Positions 27,745 through 38,868 of a DNA stretch of 64,000 nucleotides are shown here, in pieces. A program made the position numbers and the translations under genes. Below the pieces are notes generated by a model. That model had not been told where the DNA came from and searched no databases. It saw only the letters and a list, made by a program, of their open reading frames with translations. The stretch's first letter is position 1; each line of letters begins with the position of its first letter. This DNA comes from a bacterium (GTDB lineage: Bacteria; Patescibacteriota; Minisyncoccia; Phycocordibacterales; Phycocordibacteraceae): the NCBI GenBank assembly GCA_021836725.1, contig JAKBHL010000011.1:94494-158493 (forward strand), read 5' to 3'.

Positions 27745-29667
27745 TTACATCCCGATGAGCACGGGGATCACCATCGGCGCCTTATTCGTTCTGGTAAAGA
27801 GGAATCCGGCGATCACGTCGGTGAGCGTATTCTTCACATAATCGAGGTCGATAGGATTCATATTGCGGGTCGAATCCTCGATCGTCTTCTTGATAAGGAT
27901 GCGCGCTTCATTCAAGAGATTTTGCGATTCACGCAGGTAGATAAAGCCACGGCTGATGATATCGGGCGACTTCCGGAGCTTCCCGGTTTTCAGATTCACG
28001 TTTGCGATGATGACGAACATCCCGTCCTTCGCGAGCGACTGGCGGTCGCGGATGACGACTTCCTGCATGTCGCCGATAGTGAAACCGTCTACCACCATGG
28101 GCGCGGACGGCACGCGCTGCTTATGGATGTTCATTCGTTCTCCGTCCTCGATATCGATGACCGTGCCGTTGTCCGCGATGACGATGTTTTCTTTCGGGAA
28201 TCCGGATTGCTCGACGGCTTTCGCATGGCAGGTCGTCATCGAACGATAGCCGTATCCCGGCATGAAGAACTTCGGGTGCACCTGCTTGTTGATCCAGACA
28301 AGTTCGCCGGTATTGCCGTGACCGGTCGAGTGCACGTCGCTCGAACGGTAGTGGATGAGCGTCACGTTATGGCGGTAGAGATTGTCTTTCAATTTCTGCA
28401 CGGCGATCTCGTTGCCGGGGATGACGGACGAGGAGAGCACGATGGTATCGCGCTCGTTCAGGGTGATGTATTTGTGCTGGCGTGTCGCGATGCGCATAAG
28501 TCCGGCGAATTCCTCGCCCTGCGCGCCGGTCGAGAGGATGACGATCTTGTCAGGCGGATAATTGCCGACATCCTGGGCCTGGATGAATGTCTCCTTGTTG
28601 ACTTTCAGAAGGCCGGTTTTCTCGGCTATCTCGAGGTTGGTTTTTATCGAGCGGCCTTCAAGGACTATTTTCTTGTTGTATTTTTCCGCCGCTTCCATGA
28701 TGTGGATCATGCGTTCGAATTGCGAGGCGAACGTGCCGATGATGAGCCGTCCCGAGACGGTCCGGATGATATCTTCGAGCGTCTGGATGACGCGCACTTC
28801 GGGGATGGAGAAACCGTCTTTCTCGGCGTTGGTCGAGTCTGCAATGAGGAAGATATTCTTGTCTTTGCCGATCTCGCCCCAGGTTTTGAATTCGCGTTCG
28901 GACGGGGTCGTGCCGTCGTGATCGAGTTTCAGGTCGCCCGAGATGACGACGTTGCCATGGGGAGTTTCGATCGAAGCGCCCATTGAATCGGGTATCGAGT
29001 GCGTGACCGGGAAGAATTTCACCCGGGTTGAACCGATCGTCATGCTCTGGCCGGCCGCAACGACGATCATTTCAGATTTCGGCACATCCGGATATTCTTC
29101 CTGCCGGCGGGCGATCATTACCGAGGTGAGATTCTGTGTGTAGATGGGCGGCGTGCCGAAACGCGGGAGAATGAACGGGATGCCGCCGATGTGATCGAGG
29201 TGCCCGTGCGTGATGATGACGCCTTTTACGCGCGCCGCGTTTTTTTCGAGATAGCGCGTGTTGGGGAGGATGTAATCGACGCCCGGGGAGGTGTCTTCGG
29301 AAACGAACTGGAAACCGGCGTCAAAGACGAGGATATCGCCGGTCGCGCCGACTTCGACCGCGATCATGTTGCGGCCGACCTCTTCCGCGCCGCCGAGCGG
29401 GATGATGCGGACGGTATTCGCTCCCGCCGGTTCGGGGAAATAGTCCGCAGTGCGGCTTGCGCGCGCGGGCATCGCGGTCGGGCGGCGCAGGATCCTTTGG
29501 ATGCGCCGCGTCGCGCCGCCCGGACGGGCAGCGCCGCGTCCGGACGGACGCGCCCCCCGCTCGAAACGTTTCGGAGGGCGGTTATGGTTCGATTGCGCAT
29601 CGCGCCTCGGGTTTGATCGCGGATGCGGCGAAGCGGGTGCAGGTGCTGGTGCAGGTGCTGGATTCAT
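27745..29667 (-). CDS. rnj: Ribonuclease J with Pro/Arg-rich N-terminal tail
   Basis: IPLGG.EEVGRNM, THGHLDHIGG, HSIPD, DSTNA, TGAQGE, IPGNE, HSTGH. Confidence 0.95.
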   Translation of the reverse strand: MNPAPAPAPAPASPHPRSNPRRDAQSNHNRPPKRFERGARPSGRGAARPGGATRRIQRILRRPTAMPARASRTADYFPEPAGANTVRIIPLGGAEEVGRNMIAVEVGATGDILVFDAGFQFVSEDTSPGVDYILPNTRYLEKNAARVKGVIITHGHLDHIGGIPFILPRFGTPPIYTQNLTSVMIARRQEEYPDVPKSEMIVVAAGQSMTIGSTRVKFFPVTHSIPDSMGASIETPHGNVVISGDLKLDHDGTTPSEREFKTWGEIGKDKNIFLIADSTNAEKDGFSIPEVRVIQTLEDIIRTVSGRLIIGTFASQFERMIHIMEAAEKYNKKIVLEGRSIKTNLEIAEKTGLLKVNKETFIQAQDVGNYPPDKIVILSTGAQGEEFAGLMRIATRQHKYITLNERDTIVLSSSVIPGNEIAVQKLKDNLYRHNVTLIHYRSSDVHSTGHGNTGELVWINKQVHPKFFMPGYGYRSMTTCHAKAVEQSGFPKENIVIADNGTVIDIEDGERMNIHKQRVPSAPMVVDGFTIGDMQEVVIRDRQSLAKDGMFVIIANVNLKTGKLRKSPDIISRGFIYLRESQNLLNEARILIKKTIEDSTRNMNPIDLDYVKNTLTDVIAGFLFTRTNKAPMVIPVLIGM

Positions 29668-29730
29668 AACGATTGGTTAATTACTCGGGCTTGCAAAATT
29701 AATAAATCAAAGAAACCCGTACGAAAATAG

Positions 29731-31485
29731 CTAGTGTTTCTGTTGCGCGAAGAAAGGCCACACCGCGTCGGTTGCACGGTACCAGCGCGCGACCGTCGCG
29801 AAACGATCCGCAGGGGTCACGATCTGCGGGAGCACGACGCCCTTGAGATCTTTCGGCACCGTGTAGGTGAAATCCGGCGCGTAGATGAACGCCGCAGGAT
29901 AATCCGCAGCAATGGTGTCCTCGATTTTCTGGAGGTCGGCCGCGCGAAGCGCCTGATCGTTGGAACTGCGGGCTTCCTCAAGCAGCGTATCGACGGTCTT
30001 GTTCGCATAGAGCGCGATATTGAGGCCGGGATCATTGCGTTCCTGAGAGTCCCAAAAGGCATAGAGATCCTGATCGCGTCCGACGACCATGCCGTAGAGG
30101 AGCGCCTCATATTTGCGCGGCCGTATGACGTTCTGCGAAAGATCACCCGGTTGGTAAAGCTCGATATTGACCGGAATGCCGAGCTTCTCCCAATAGGTCT
30201 TGACGGCGCTTGCGACGTTCTTCAGTTCCGGCACGTTCGACGTGCGTATGGTGATGGTGCCGAGCGTTTGTTTCGAGCTCGCATTCTTCCAGATGCGCGC
30301 GTTGCCGTCGTACACCCACCCGGCCGCCTCAAGGATCTGCGCGGCCGTTGCGGTCGGATTTTTCGACTCGGGAATGGCCACCTGCTTCACGGATCCTCCG
30401 GGCGGTACCGGCCCCATGATCGCGGTCGCATAACCGTCGAGCACCGACTTGATGATGGCGTTGCGATCAAGCGCGAGCGAGAGCGCTTTGCGTACCTCAA
30501 GACGCGCATAGACAGGGTTCTCGCTCGGATTCCAGAACACGCCGAAGATGCGCGCGTAAGGAGCGGTCAGCGCGCCCTTGCCGCTCACGCCATACGCGCT
30601 CTCGACGGCGCCGCTTGCAAGCGCGCTCGCGAGATCTTCAGTACGCGAATAGAAATTGAAGCGGATGCCGTCGAGGTAGGGTCGGCCGAACACATAGTAC
30701 GGGTTCTCGGCGAGCGACACGCTTTGGATGAGTCCGGAAGCGTCGCGCGAGATGCCCACGATCTTGAACGGCCCGGCTCCCACAGGATTCGTTTCGAGAT
30801 TGGAGAAGGGAAACTCCTCGCTCGAGATATTCTGCCAGAGGTGCGCGGGGAGGATGCCCAGAGTCGTCAATCCGAGAAACGGCTCATACGGTTTCGCGAG
30901 CGTAAAGCGCACGGTACGCTGGTCGACCGCGAGCACGCTCACGCCGGACCAGTCCGCGTACTCCGGGCTTTTGAGCGCGGAGTTCTGCGCCTCGTTCACC
31001 GTGAAGACGACATCGGCCGCCGTGACGGGCGTGCCGTCGGAGAATTTCGCGTCTTTGCGCAAGATGAAGGTGTACGTTTTTCCGTCGGGAGATATCGTGT
31101 AGCTTTTCGCGAGCACCGGCACGAGCGTACCGGTACCCGAGAGGCCCATGAGCCCCGCATAGGTGAGCGCGGAGAGGTCGCGATCGGCGTCGCTGATGGC
31201 AAGAAGGGGGTTGATGAATCGCGGGCTTCCCACCTCGCCCTCAACGAGCGTGCCGCCATAACTGGGTACGCGGACGAGCAGGGATTGTTCAAGCGCGTAC
31301 AGGCTCGAAATCGACGCAATGCCGACGAGGATCGCAAGCAGGTAAAATATGCTGCGATCGCCCGGCGAGGCGGCGCGGACACGTTCTTTCACGAACTCAA
31401 ACGCGCGGACGGTATGTTTCCGCGCAAACCGTTCTCGCAACCGCGCGACGTATTCGCGAGAACGAGAACCGTCCATGCGGGTCAT
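29731..31485 (-). CDS. ABC transporter substrate-binding protein, family 5 (peptide/nickel)
   Basis: PVLAKSY.IS.DGKTYTF.LR..AKFSDG.PVTAADVVFT, PVGAGPF, VRKAL..ALDR. Confidence 0.9.
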   Translation of the reverse strand: MTRMDGSRSREYVARLRERFARKHTVRAFEFVKERVRAASPGDRSIFYLLAILVGIASISSLYALEQSLLVRVPSYGGTLVEGEVGSPRFINPLLAISDADRDLSALTYAGLMGLSGTGTLVPVLAKSYTISPDGKTYTFILRKDAKFSDGTPVTAADVVFTVNEAQNSALKSPEYADWSGVSVLAVDQRTVRFTLAKPYEPFLGLTTLGILPAHLWQNISSEEFPFSNLETNPVGAGPFKIVGISRDASGLIQSVSLAENPYYVFGRPYLDGIRFNFYSRTEDLASALASGAVESAYGVSGKGALTAPYARIFGVFWNPSENPVYARLEVRKALSLALDRNAIIKSVLDGYATAIMGPVPPGGSVKQVAIPESKNPTATAAQILEAAGWVYDGNARIWKNASSKQTLGTITIRTSNVPELKNVASAVKTYWEKLGIPVNIELYQPGDLSQNVIRPRKYEALLYGMVVGRDQDLYAFWDSQERNDPGLNIALYANKTVDTLLEEARSSNDQALRAADLQKIEDTIAADYPAAFIYAPDFTYTVPKDLKGVVLPQIVTPADRFATVARWYRATDAVWPFFAQQKH

Positions 31486-31721
31486 AATCCCGAAAGAAGG
31501 AAGTTCGCTATGGCCGCGAGTACGAGGATAACCGCAATAGCGATAGTCGCGTTGAATAAAAACTTTTCGGCGCCTCTGCGCTTGTAAAAAGTCGACGCGA
31601 AATTATCGCCTCCGAAGGCTCCCCCGAGGGTCGCGCCGCGCTGTTGGAGCACGATGCCGACGATAAGAAGGATTCCGAGGATGATTTCCGCGTACGGCAA
31701 TGCCGATACGAGTGCCTCCAT
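31482..31721 (-). CDS. secG: Preprotein translocase subunit SecG
   Basis: VLQQRG..LGGAFGG...RRG.EK.L...T; two TM helices. Confidence 0.9.
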   Translation of the reverse strand: MEALVSALPYAEIILGILLIVGIVLQQRGATLGGAFGGDNFASTFYKRRGAEKFLFNATIAIAVILVLAAIANFLLSGL

Positions 31722-31839
31722 CTGTGCGTCTGAGGATACCACGGACGGATACGTGCGCGCAACTTGCTTGTGGACGGCGGTTTCTCTATACTCTGCCCAC
31801 AGGGCTTAGGGGAGAATTATTCATTTATATATAGGGACT

Positions 31840-32145
31840 ATGGCGAAGAAACTTTCACTGGTGCCGCTTGGCGACCGTATTGTAGTGATGCCCTCTGAGA
31901 AAGAGGGAGAAAAGATGCTCGCTTCCGGCATCATCATTCCGGAGACAGTCGATAAAGAAAAACCAGCTCAAGGGAGCGTGGTCGCGGTCGGCCCGGGCAA
32001 ATACGAGGACGGCAAGCTTCTGCCGATGCAGGTAAAAGTGGGCGATACGGTTCTCTTCAGCAAATACGGCTACGACGAGGTCAAAATCGCAGGACAGGAG
32101 TACTACATCCTCTCGGAATCCGGAGTTTTGGGCGTCTTGAAATAA
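31840..32145 (+). CDS. groES: Co-chaperonin GroES
   Basis: PLGDRIVV, SGIIIP, EKP..G.VVAVGPG. Confidence 0.97.
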   Translation: MAKKLSLVPLGDRIVVMPSEKEGEKMLASGIIIPETVDKEKPAQGSVVAVGPGKYEDGKLLPMQVKVGDTVLFSKYGYDEVKIAGQEYYILSESGVLGVLK

Positions 32146-32170
32146 CCGATTACCATCAAATTAAGACTAA

Positions 32171-33817
<1,647 letters not shown>

Positions 33818-33829
33818 ATACGTACCCGT

Positions 33830-33873
33830 ACCGAAAACAGCGCGGCACCCGCGGGTGCCGCGCTGTTTTCGGT
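33830..33873. terminator. Perfect 44-bp palindrome, bidirectional terminator
   Basis: accgaaaacagcgcggcacccg|cgggtgccgcgctgttttcggt between convergent genes. Confidence 0.75.
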
Positions 33874-33876
33874 TAT

Positions 33877-34614
33877 CTACTCTCCCGGCGTCTCATTGTA
33901 GCTCAAGACCTCCCAGCCGCGCGTGCTTGAAAAGAGTTTCCATGGATGGAATTCGCACACGGTGATATTTGCATTGTCCGAGGCGTTGAAGAAGGAAAGC
34001 TTCACGTAATCGGCGGCATGGAGGCGCTTGCGGTAAAGAAGGTAGGCGATGAGCATTTTCAGAAAGATGCTGTGCGTCACCACGCAGGTCTCGCGCGCGT
34101 TTTGATTGGAGAGGAACGAAAGCGCCCGCCGCGCCCGTTTTTTCAAGTCTTCAAAATTTTCTTCATCCGAGTAGCGATACGTATCATCGTGGTACGCGCG
34201 GTCCATCTGATCGACGATACGAACGACCCCAGGGTCATCATCGCGTTTGCCGACGATCTCGCTCGGATTCCGGCGTTCCGCCAGAAGCTCAGAGTAACGA
34301 ATTGGCACATTGAGATACTGGTTGATGGTATCCGCAGTTTCTTTTGTGCGTTCGTAAGGGCTTGCGATGATACGGGTGATCGGAAAGCGCACGAGATATC
34401 GCCCGACGCGCTTGCTCTGGAGCCGACCTTTTTCGGAGAGACCGCCTTCCGAGCCTTGGCGGATATGAGCGGCATTCAAGAGTGTTTCGCCGTGACGGAC
34501 GAAATAGAAACGCCGCGGTCGCATAAAAAACAGAATAAGAACGGCAACAAGGACAATCAGCGCCGGCGCAAAGAGCGGTGCAGCTGCAACGAGTAGTATG
34601 TGTGCCGACGGCAT
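33877..34614 (-). CDS. Histidine phosphatase (phosphoglycerate mutase family) with N-terminal TM helix
   Basis: FVRHGET, SP..R..ETA, VVTH. Confidence 0.88.
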   Translation of the reverse strand: MPSAHILLVAAAPLFAPALIVLVAVLILFFMRPRRFYFVRHGETLLNAAHIRQGSEGGLSEKGRLQSKRVGRYLVRFPITRIIASPYERTKETADTINQYLNVPIRYSELLAERRNPSEIVGKRDDDPGVVRIVDQMDRAYHDDTYRYSDEENFEDLKKRARRALSFLSNQNARETCVVTHSIFLKMLIAYLLYRKRLHAADYVKLSFFNASDNANITVCEFHPWKLFSSTRGWEVLSYNETPGE

Positions 34615-34667
34615 GAGGCGTAGTATACCCGATATGTTACACTCGTAAGCATCGTTCCTACTTTCTT

Positions 34668-34841
34668 ATGAGCAGCAAGTCACTCATCTGGGGCGGAATG
34701 TTTGTCGGTTCGACCATCGGCGGCTCATTGCCGTATTTTTGGAACGGCGATTTTTTTTCATACACCATCTGGAGCGCCATCGGCGGTTTCGTCGGCATCT
34801 ATATCGGCTTCAAGCTCGCCAAAATGACCGGCGTACTTTGA
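34668..34841 (+). CDS. 57-aa Gly-rich two-TM membrane protein (below ORF-track cutoff)
   Basis: MSSKSLIWGGMFVGSTIGGSLPYFWNGDFFSYTIWSAIGGFVGIYIGFKLAKMTGVL; TACACT upstream. Confidence 0.65.
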   Translation: MSSKSLIWGGMFVGSTIGGSLPYFWNGDFFSYTIWSAIGGFVGIYIGFKLAKMTGVL

Positions 34842-34862
34842 GGAAAGAGGAAACTTTAGACC

Positions 34863-35369
34863 TTACCACGTAGAGCAGGCGGGCTCTCCGCTACATATCA
34901 TCCACGCCCACGTCGGACGCACTGGGTCATAAAAGGTTTGGTTCACTGAAGGATAGCTTTCCGGCAGCACATGGTCTAGGAATTTGTAGTTGGTGCCATC
35001 GGAATTGTAAATATACCCGGCACACGATTGCGCCACGAAACTCGGATCAACCGGCAATATCGATATATATGTAGGCGCCAAGTTCGGGATATATCCGGAA
35101 GCACCGGTCAGCGTTCCCGCCAATCCTCCGCAATTACCGACTCCATATCCGTTCCAGCCGCTTGAGACCGGGTACGATCCGTTATGATCGTTTGCGTATA
35201 ACTGCAGTGCCTGCTGGATAGAAAGCATCTCTTCCTTTCTTTGAGCGTCACGGGCTTTTGCGCGTGCAGTATTCAGTGAAACGAGTACCACGGCCGATAA
35301 CAACCCGATAATCGCAATGACGACCAGTAATTCAATAAGAGTAAATCCATTTCGTACCGTCGAATTCAT
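34863..35369 (-). CDS. Type IV pilin / GspG-like pseudopilin
   Basis: G^FTLIELLVVIAIIG, AR.KARDA.R, YP, P.DP; AT-richer than flanks. Confidence 0.9.
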   Translation of the reverse strand: MNSTVRNGFTLIELLVVIAIIGLLSAVVLVSLNTARAKARDAQRKEEMLSIQQALQLYANDHNGSYPVSSGWNGYGVGNCGGLAGTLTGASGYIPNLAPTYISILPVDPSFVAQSCAGYIYNSDGTNYKFLDHVLPESYPSVNQTFYDPVRPTWAWMICSGEPACSTW

Positions 35370-35659
35370 GGAGTCTGAGAATTGAAATGTTCTGCTTGCA
35401 TACGAAGCACATCGGATTGTATCTGACTTGCGGGAGTTGGATTGGATGAACCACTGCCAAAAAATACGACAATGATTATTGCCGACACAATTGCGATAAC
35501 GACAAAACCAAGCATAAAATACTTCGCTTGCTCATCATCTTTCGCTATGTGGTGCCTTACCAACCATGCAGACATTCCTCCGGATGCGTTCGACGTAACG
35601 CCAGAATCTCTTACTGAACCGCCCGTATCCTCCTCATCAAAGACTATCTCCCCACTCAT
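35366..35659 (-). CDS. Hypothetical single-TM protein coupled to the pilin gene
   Basis: Overlaps the pilin start; one TM helix; TATCCT 6 nt before ATG. Confidence 0.65.
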   Translation of the reverse strand: MSGEIVFDEEDTGGSVRDSGVTSNASGGMSAWLVRHHIAKDDEQAKYFMLGFVVIAIVSAIIIVVFFGSGSSNPTPASQIQSDVLRMQAEHFNSQTP

Positions 35660-35764
35660 GATTTCAGGATAACAGACCTGGGCAAGACTGCGGCAGTCAG
35701 GGTGGATAGTGACACTATATTATTATTCTGGTAGGGGGAATGCGGATGTACACTATCAAGAACC

Positions 35765-36109
35765 ATGTCTCTGCATATCAAACGGGCATACGAACTTCCG
35801 GCAAAAAGTGACGGCCTGCGGATTCTCGTCGATCGCGTGTGGCCGCGGGGCCTGAGTAAAAAGAAGTTAAAGCTTTATCGGTGGGAGAAAGAACTTGCTC
35901 CCAGCACGGCCTTGCGCAAGTGGTTCGCGCACGATCCGGCGAAGTGGGCCGGATTCAAACGCAGATACAGCACGGAGCTCAAAAGATCGAAATCGCTTAT
36001 CGCGCAGTTGCGTGACCTCGCCCGCTCGCGCACCGTAACGCTCGTGTACGGCGCAAAGGACGAAAAGCACAATCAAGCGGCGGCACTGAAGGAATTCTTG
36101 CGCAGATAG
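35765..36109 (+). CDS. DUF488/YeaO family protein
   Basis: KRAYE....DG.RILVDRVWPRG, APS..LRKWF.HDP, HNQA. Confidence 0.9.
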   Translation: MSLHIKRAYELPAKSDGLRILVDRVWPRGLSKKKLKLYRWEKELAPSTALRKWFAHDPAKWAGFKRRYSTELKRSKSLIAQLRDLARSRTVTLVYGAKDEKHNQAAALKEFLRR

Positions 36110-36169
36110 CGGCATATTCGCTGCGTAGGGTTCGGAGACGCAGCCTTATCCGAATCGGAAGTTTCTATG

Positions 36170-36321
36170 TGCCGAGACGGTGGGATTTGGTCACACATAA
36201 TTTCCTGCTGGAAATTTGCGCTACCCCGCCTCGCGCCGGCGCGCTCCGGCCTTCAAATCCCCCGAATCTCTTGCAATGATGTTTCACTCAGCCAGCTCCC
36301 AGCTGGCTTCGCGAATCATTG
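36170..36321 (-). repeat. tRNA-associated structured element (Ser copy)
   Basis: Read on minus strand after the tRNA: hairpin (36290-36308), antisense copy of the tRNA 3' end (36252-36280), scaffold (36190-36250), direct copy 36170-36189 (19/20 identical to 36320-36339). Confidence 0.85.
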
Positions 36322-36408
36322 CGGAGACGGTGGGATTTGAACCCACGAGGGGATTTCTCCCCTGCCTCATTAGCAGCGAGGTGCTTTCGACCACTCAGCC
36401 ACGTCTCC
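36322..36408 (-). tRNA. tRNA-Ser(GCT)
   Basis: GGAGACG/CGTCTCC acceptor stem, anticodon arm cctcg-ctGCTaa-tgagg, long variable arm, GTTCAAATC T loop, G discriminator; CCA not encoded. Confidence 0.95.
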
Positions 36409-36429
36409 GTGAGGGACACAGTAGCAAAT

Positions 36430-37050
36430 TTAGTGGGCGAGAGCGAGCGGGATGATAGTGGCGGCGCCGGCCGCCGTAAGCGCGTCGATTGCCGCCTGAA
36501 GCGTGGCGCCGGTGGTGAGGACGTCGTCGAGGAGTATGTACGTGTAGGAAGGATTGATGCCGTGCACGGCTTTAAAGGCGCCGCGCATGTTTTCTTTCCG
36601 CTTCCGGCGGGGGAGAGAGACCTGCGAAGCGGTCTCGCGCGTACGCGCGAGAAGCGCGGTATCGACCGTAAAACCGGAAAGATTTTTTATGGCGCGCACC
36701 GCGATTTCCTCGGCTTGGTTGTAGCCGCGCTCTTTTTGCCGTAGCGCGCCGAGCGGTATGGGCACGATCAGACACTTGCGCGACGGCCACTGGTCATCGT
36801 CGCGCAAATACTCCGTGAGCGCCCCGGCGAGCAAGTGGAAAGCTTTTTCACTCCGGTGGTACTTAGCCTCGTGAACGGCCGCGCGCACAGAAGGAGCGGA
36901 AAAGGGAAGAAGCGCGACAGTTTCCGGCCGCGTTCCTCCTGCCACCTGCGGCGAAAGGAGTGCGAGAAAATCGTCATTTGAAACGTCGCGCAGCGCGGTT
37001 TCGTCCGTGCGCGGTGGGAACAGAATGTCGAGAAGACGCCGCATATCCAT
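36430..37050 (-). CDS. comF: ComF-like phosphoribosyltransferase without Zn ribbon
   Basis: VPIPL...R..ERGYNQAE, R..NMRGAF, LLDDVLTTGAT. Confidence 0.9.
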   Translation of the reverse strand: MDMRRLLDILFPPRTDETALRDVSNDDFLALLSPQVAGGTRPETVALLPFSAPSVRAAVHEAKYHRSEKAFHLLAGALTEYLRDDDQWPSRKCLIVPIPLGALRQKERGYNQAEEIAVRAIKNLSGFTVDTALLARTRETASQVSLPRRKRKENMRGAFKAVHGINPSYTYILLDDVLTTGATLQAAIDALTAAGAATIIPLALAH

Positions 37051-37064
37051 GGTAGTATTGTCGC

Positions 37065-38141
37065 ATGTCATTCCTTACCGATCTCTTTGCAAAGAAGAAA
37101 GAAGAGAGCGTACTCGGTATCGATATCGGTTCGTCATCTCTGAAAGTCGTGCAGCTGCGAAAGAAGCAGGGGCAGGTCGTGCTCGAGACGTACGGCGAAC
37201 TCGCGCTCGGTCCCTACGGCGGCGCGGAAGTGGGGCAGGCGATGAACCTCTCCGCCGAACAGGTTACCGAGACACTGAAAGATCTGATACGCGAAGCGAA
37301 AGTGACGACAAAAAGCTGCGGCGTCTCAATACCATTTGCGCGTTCTTTGCTCACGCTCGTTGAGTTGCCGTACCGCAAGAATCCGAAAGAACAAAAGACC
37401 ATCATTGAGCTTGAGGCTCGGAAATACATTCCTGTGCCGATTTCTGAAGTGCAGCTCGATTGGTTTATCGTACCGGAGGAAACTCCTTCGGAGAGCGCCG
37501 CGCCGCGGGACAAGGTTTCCGTGCTGATCGTGGCCGTCCATAACGATGAACTGAAGTTTCTGCAGAGCGTTATCGCGGGAGCGCATCTTGCCGCGAGCTT
37601 TTACGAGATTGAGATCTTCAGCACCATCCGCGCGGCAATCGACGAGCCGGTAAAACCGGTCATGGTGCTCGACATCGGCGCCGCTTCGACAAAGACCTAT
37701 GTGGTCGAGCATGGAGTCGTCGCGCTGTCGCACACCATAAACGCCGGAGGGCAGGACATCACGCGCGCCATCGCGGTTTCAAGCAACGTGTCTCTCGCAC
37801 GCGCTGAAGCACTGAAGAAAGAGGAAGGGCTTGGGACCGGTGCCGCTTCCGAGTCTCCCGAACTCGTCTTTTCGCGCATCTTCTCGGAAGCGCGCCGTGT
37901 CCTCATACAATACGAAACGGCGCACAAGAAATCCATCACCGCGATCGTGCTCACCGGCGGCGGCGGTGTCACCAAAGCGCTCGACGCGTATGCGAAGAGT
38001 ATCTTCTCGATCGACGTGCGCATCGCGAATCCTTTCGCAAAGACCGAAGCGCCCGCTTTCATGCGCCCGGTGCTCGAGGAGATCGGGCCGGAGTTCGCGG
38101 TTGCCGTGGGTCTTGCGCTGCGCAAGCTCGAGGAAGTGTGA
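37065..38141 (+). CDS. pilM: Type IV pilus assembly protein PilM
   Basis: GIDIGSSSLKVV, YIP.P, LDIGA..T, LTGGG, NPF, AVGLALR. Confidence 0.93.
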   Translation: MSFLTDLFAKKKEESVLGIDIGSSSLKVVQLRKKQGQVVLETYGELALGPYGGAEVGQAMNLSAEQVTETLKDLIREAKVTTKSCGVSIPFARSLLTLVELPYRKNPKEQKTIIELEARKYIPVPISEVQLDWFIVPEETPSESAAPRDKVSVLIVAVHNDELKFLQSVIAGAHLAASFYEIEIFSTIRAAIDEPVKPVMVLDIGAASTKTYVVEHGVVALSHTINAGGQDITRAIAVSSNVSLARAEALKKEEGLGTGAASESPELVFSRIFSEARRVLIQYETAHKKSITAIVLTGGGGVTKALDAYAKSIFSIDVRIANPFAKTEAPAFMRPVLEEIGPEFAVAVGLALRKLEEV

Positions 38142-38208
38142 GCGTGGGGAAAGTTTTGCACACGCAGCGCGCTCGGGGCTTGTATGAGTAGCGTATACTG
38201 AAAAGGAA

Positions 38209-38868
38209 ATGGCTCTTCCCCCAACGATACCGACTTCGTTCGTTCCTCACGAGGCGTCCGCATCGGCTCGTCGATTTCGCGCCGATTATTCCGGCGCCTT
38301 CGGTTTCTTCGCTTACGGGCTTCTCGTCATAGCCGTCGTGCTTGCCATCGGCGTCTTCCTCTACGGCCGCATCCTGGTCGCGACGCAGGGCGCAAAGGAC
38401 GCCGAGCTTGCGAAAGCCGAAGCGGGGGTCGATCCGGCGACCGTCGAAAGTTTCATACGATTGCACAATCGCCTCGCGTCGGGAGAGGCGCTCCTGGGGA
38501 ATCACGTCGCGTTCTCGAGATTCTTCACGCTGCTTCAGACCGTCATGCCCACGACCGTCCGTTTCTCTTCGCTGCACCTCTGGTTCGACAGCACCGGGAC
38601 GGCAAATGTCGAAGGCACCGGCGTCGCCAAGAGTTTCAACGCTCTCGCGGCCGCCTCTGCCGATTTCGCGACCGACGGCGGTATAAAGAATGCCATTTTC
38701 TCGAATATCGTCGTGAGCAGCAAGAACAACGCCGTATCTTTCGCGCTGGCCGCAACGCTTAATCCGAAGCTCATTGCCTTTTCGCCGACCGCATCCGCAT
38801 CTGCTTCCACTACCACGGTTCCCGCTTCGGGACTCCCGCAAGGAACGGCGAGCACTACATTGCCATGA
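38209..38868 (+). CDS. PilN-like bitopic protein
   Basis: TSFVP N-terminal motif, single TM helix, position after pilM. Confidence 0.65.
   Translation: MALPPTIPTSFVPHEASASARRFRADYSGAFGFFAYGLLVIAVVLAIGVFLYGRILVATQGAKDAELAKAEAGVDPATVESFIRLHNRLASGEALLGNHVAFSRFFTLLQTVMPTTVRFSSLHLWFDSTGTANVEGTGVAKSFNALAAASADFATDGGIKNAIFSNIVVSSKNNAVSFALAATLNPKLIAFSPTASASASTTTVPASGLPQGTASTTLP

Noticed and set aside
29625-29662. Short tandem repeat encoding PAPAPAPA at the RNase J N-terminus
   Set aside because: Low-complexity linker with in-frame 6-nt units; no sign of phase variation
31745-31839. CIRCE operator upstream of groES
   Set aside because: No TTAGCACTC-N9-GAGTGCTAA match
35660-35764. Replication origin (AT-rich patch plus a DnaA-like box)
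   Set aside because: Only one degenerate box, a short gap, and no dnaA or dnaN nearby
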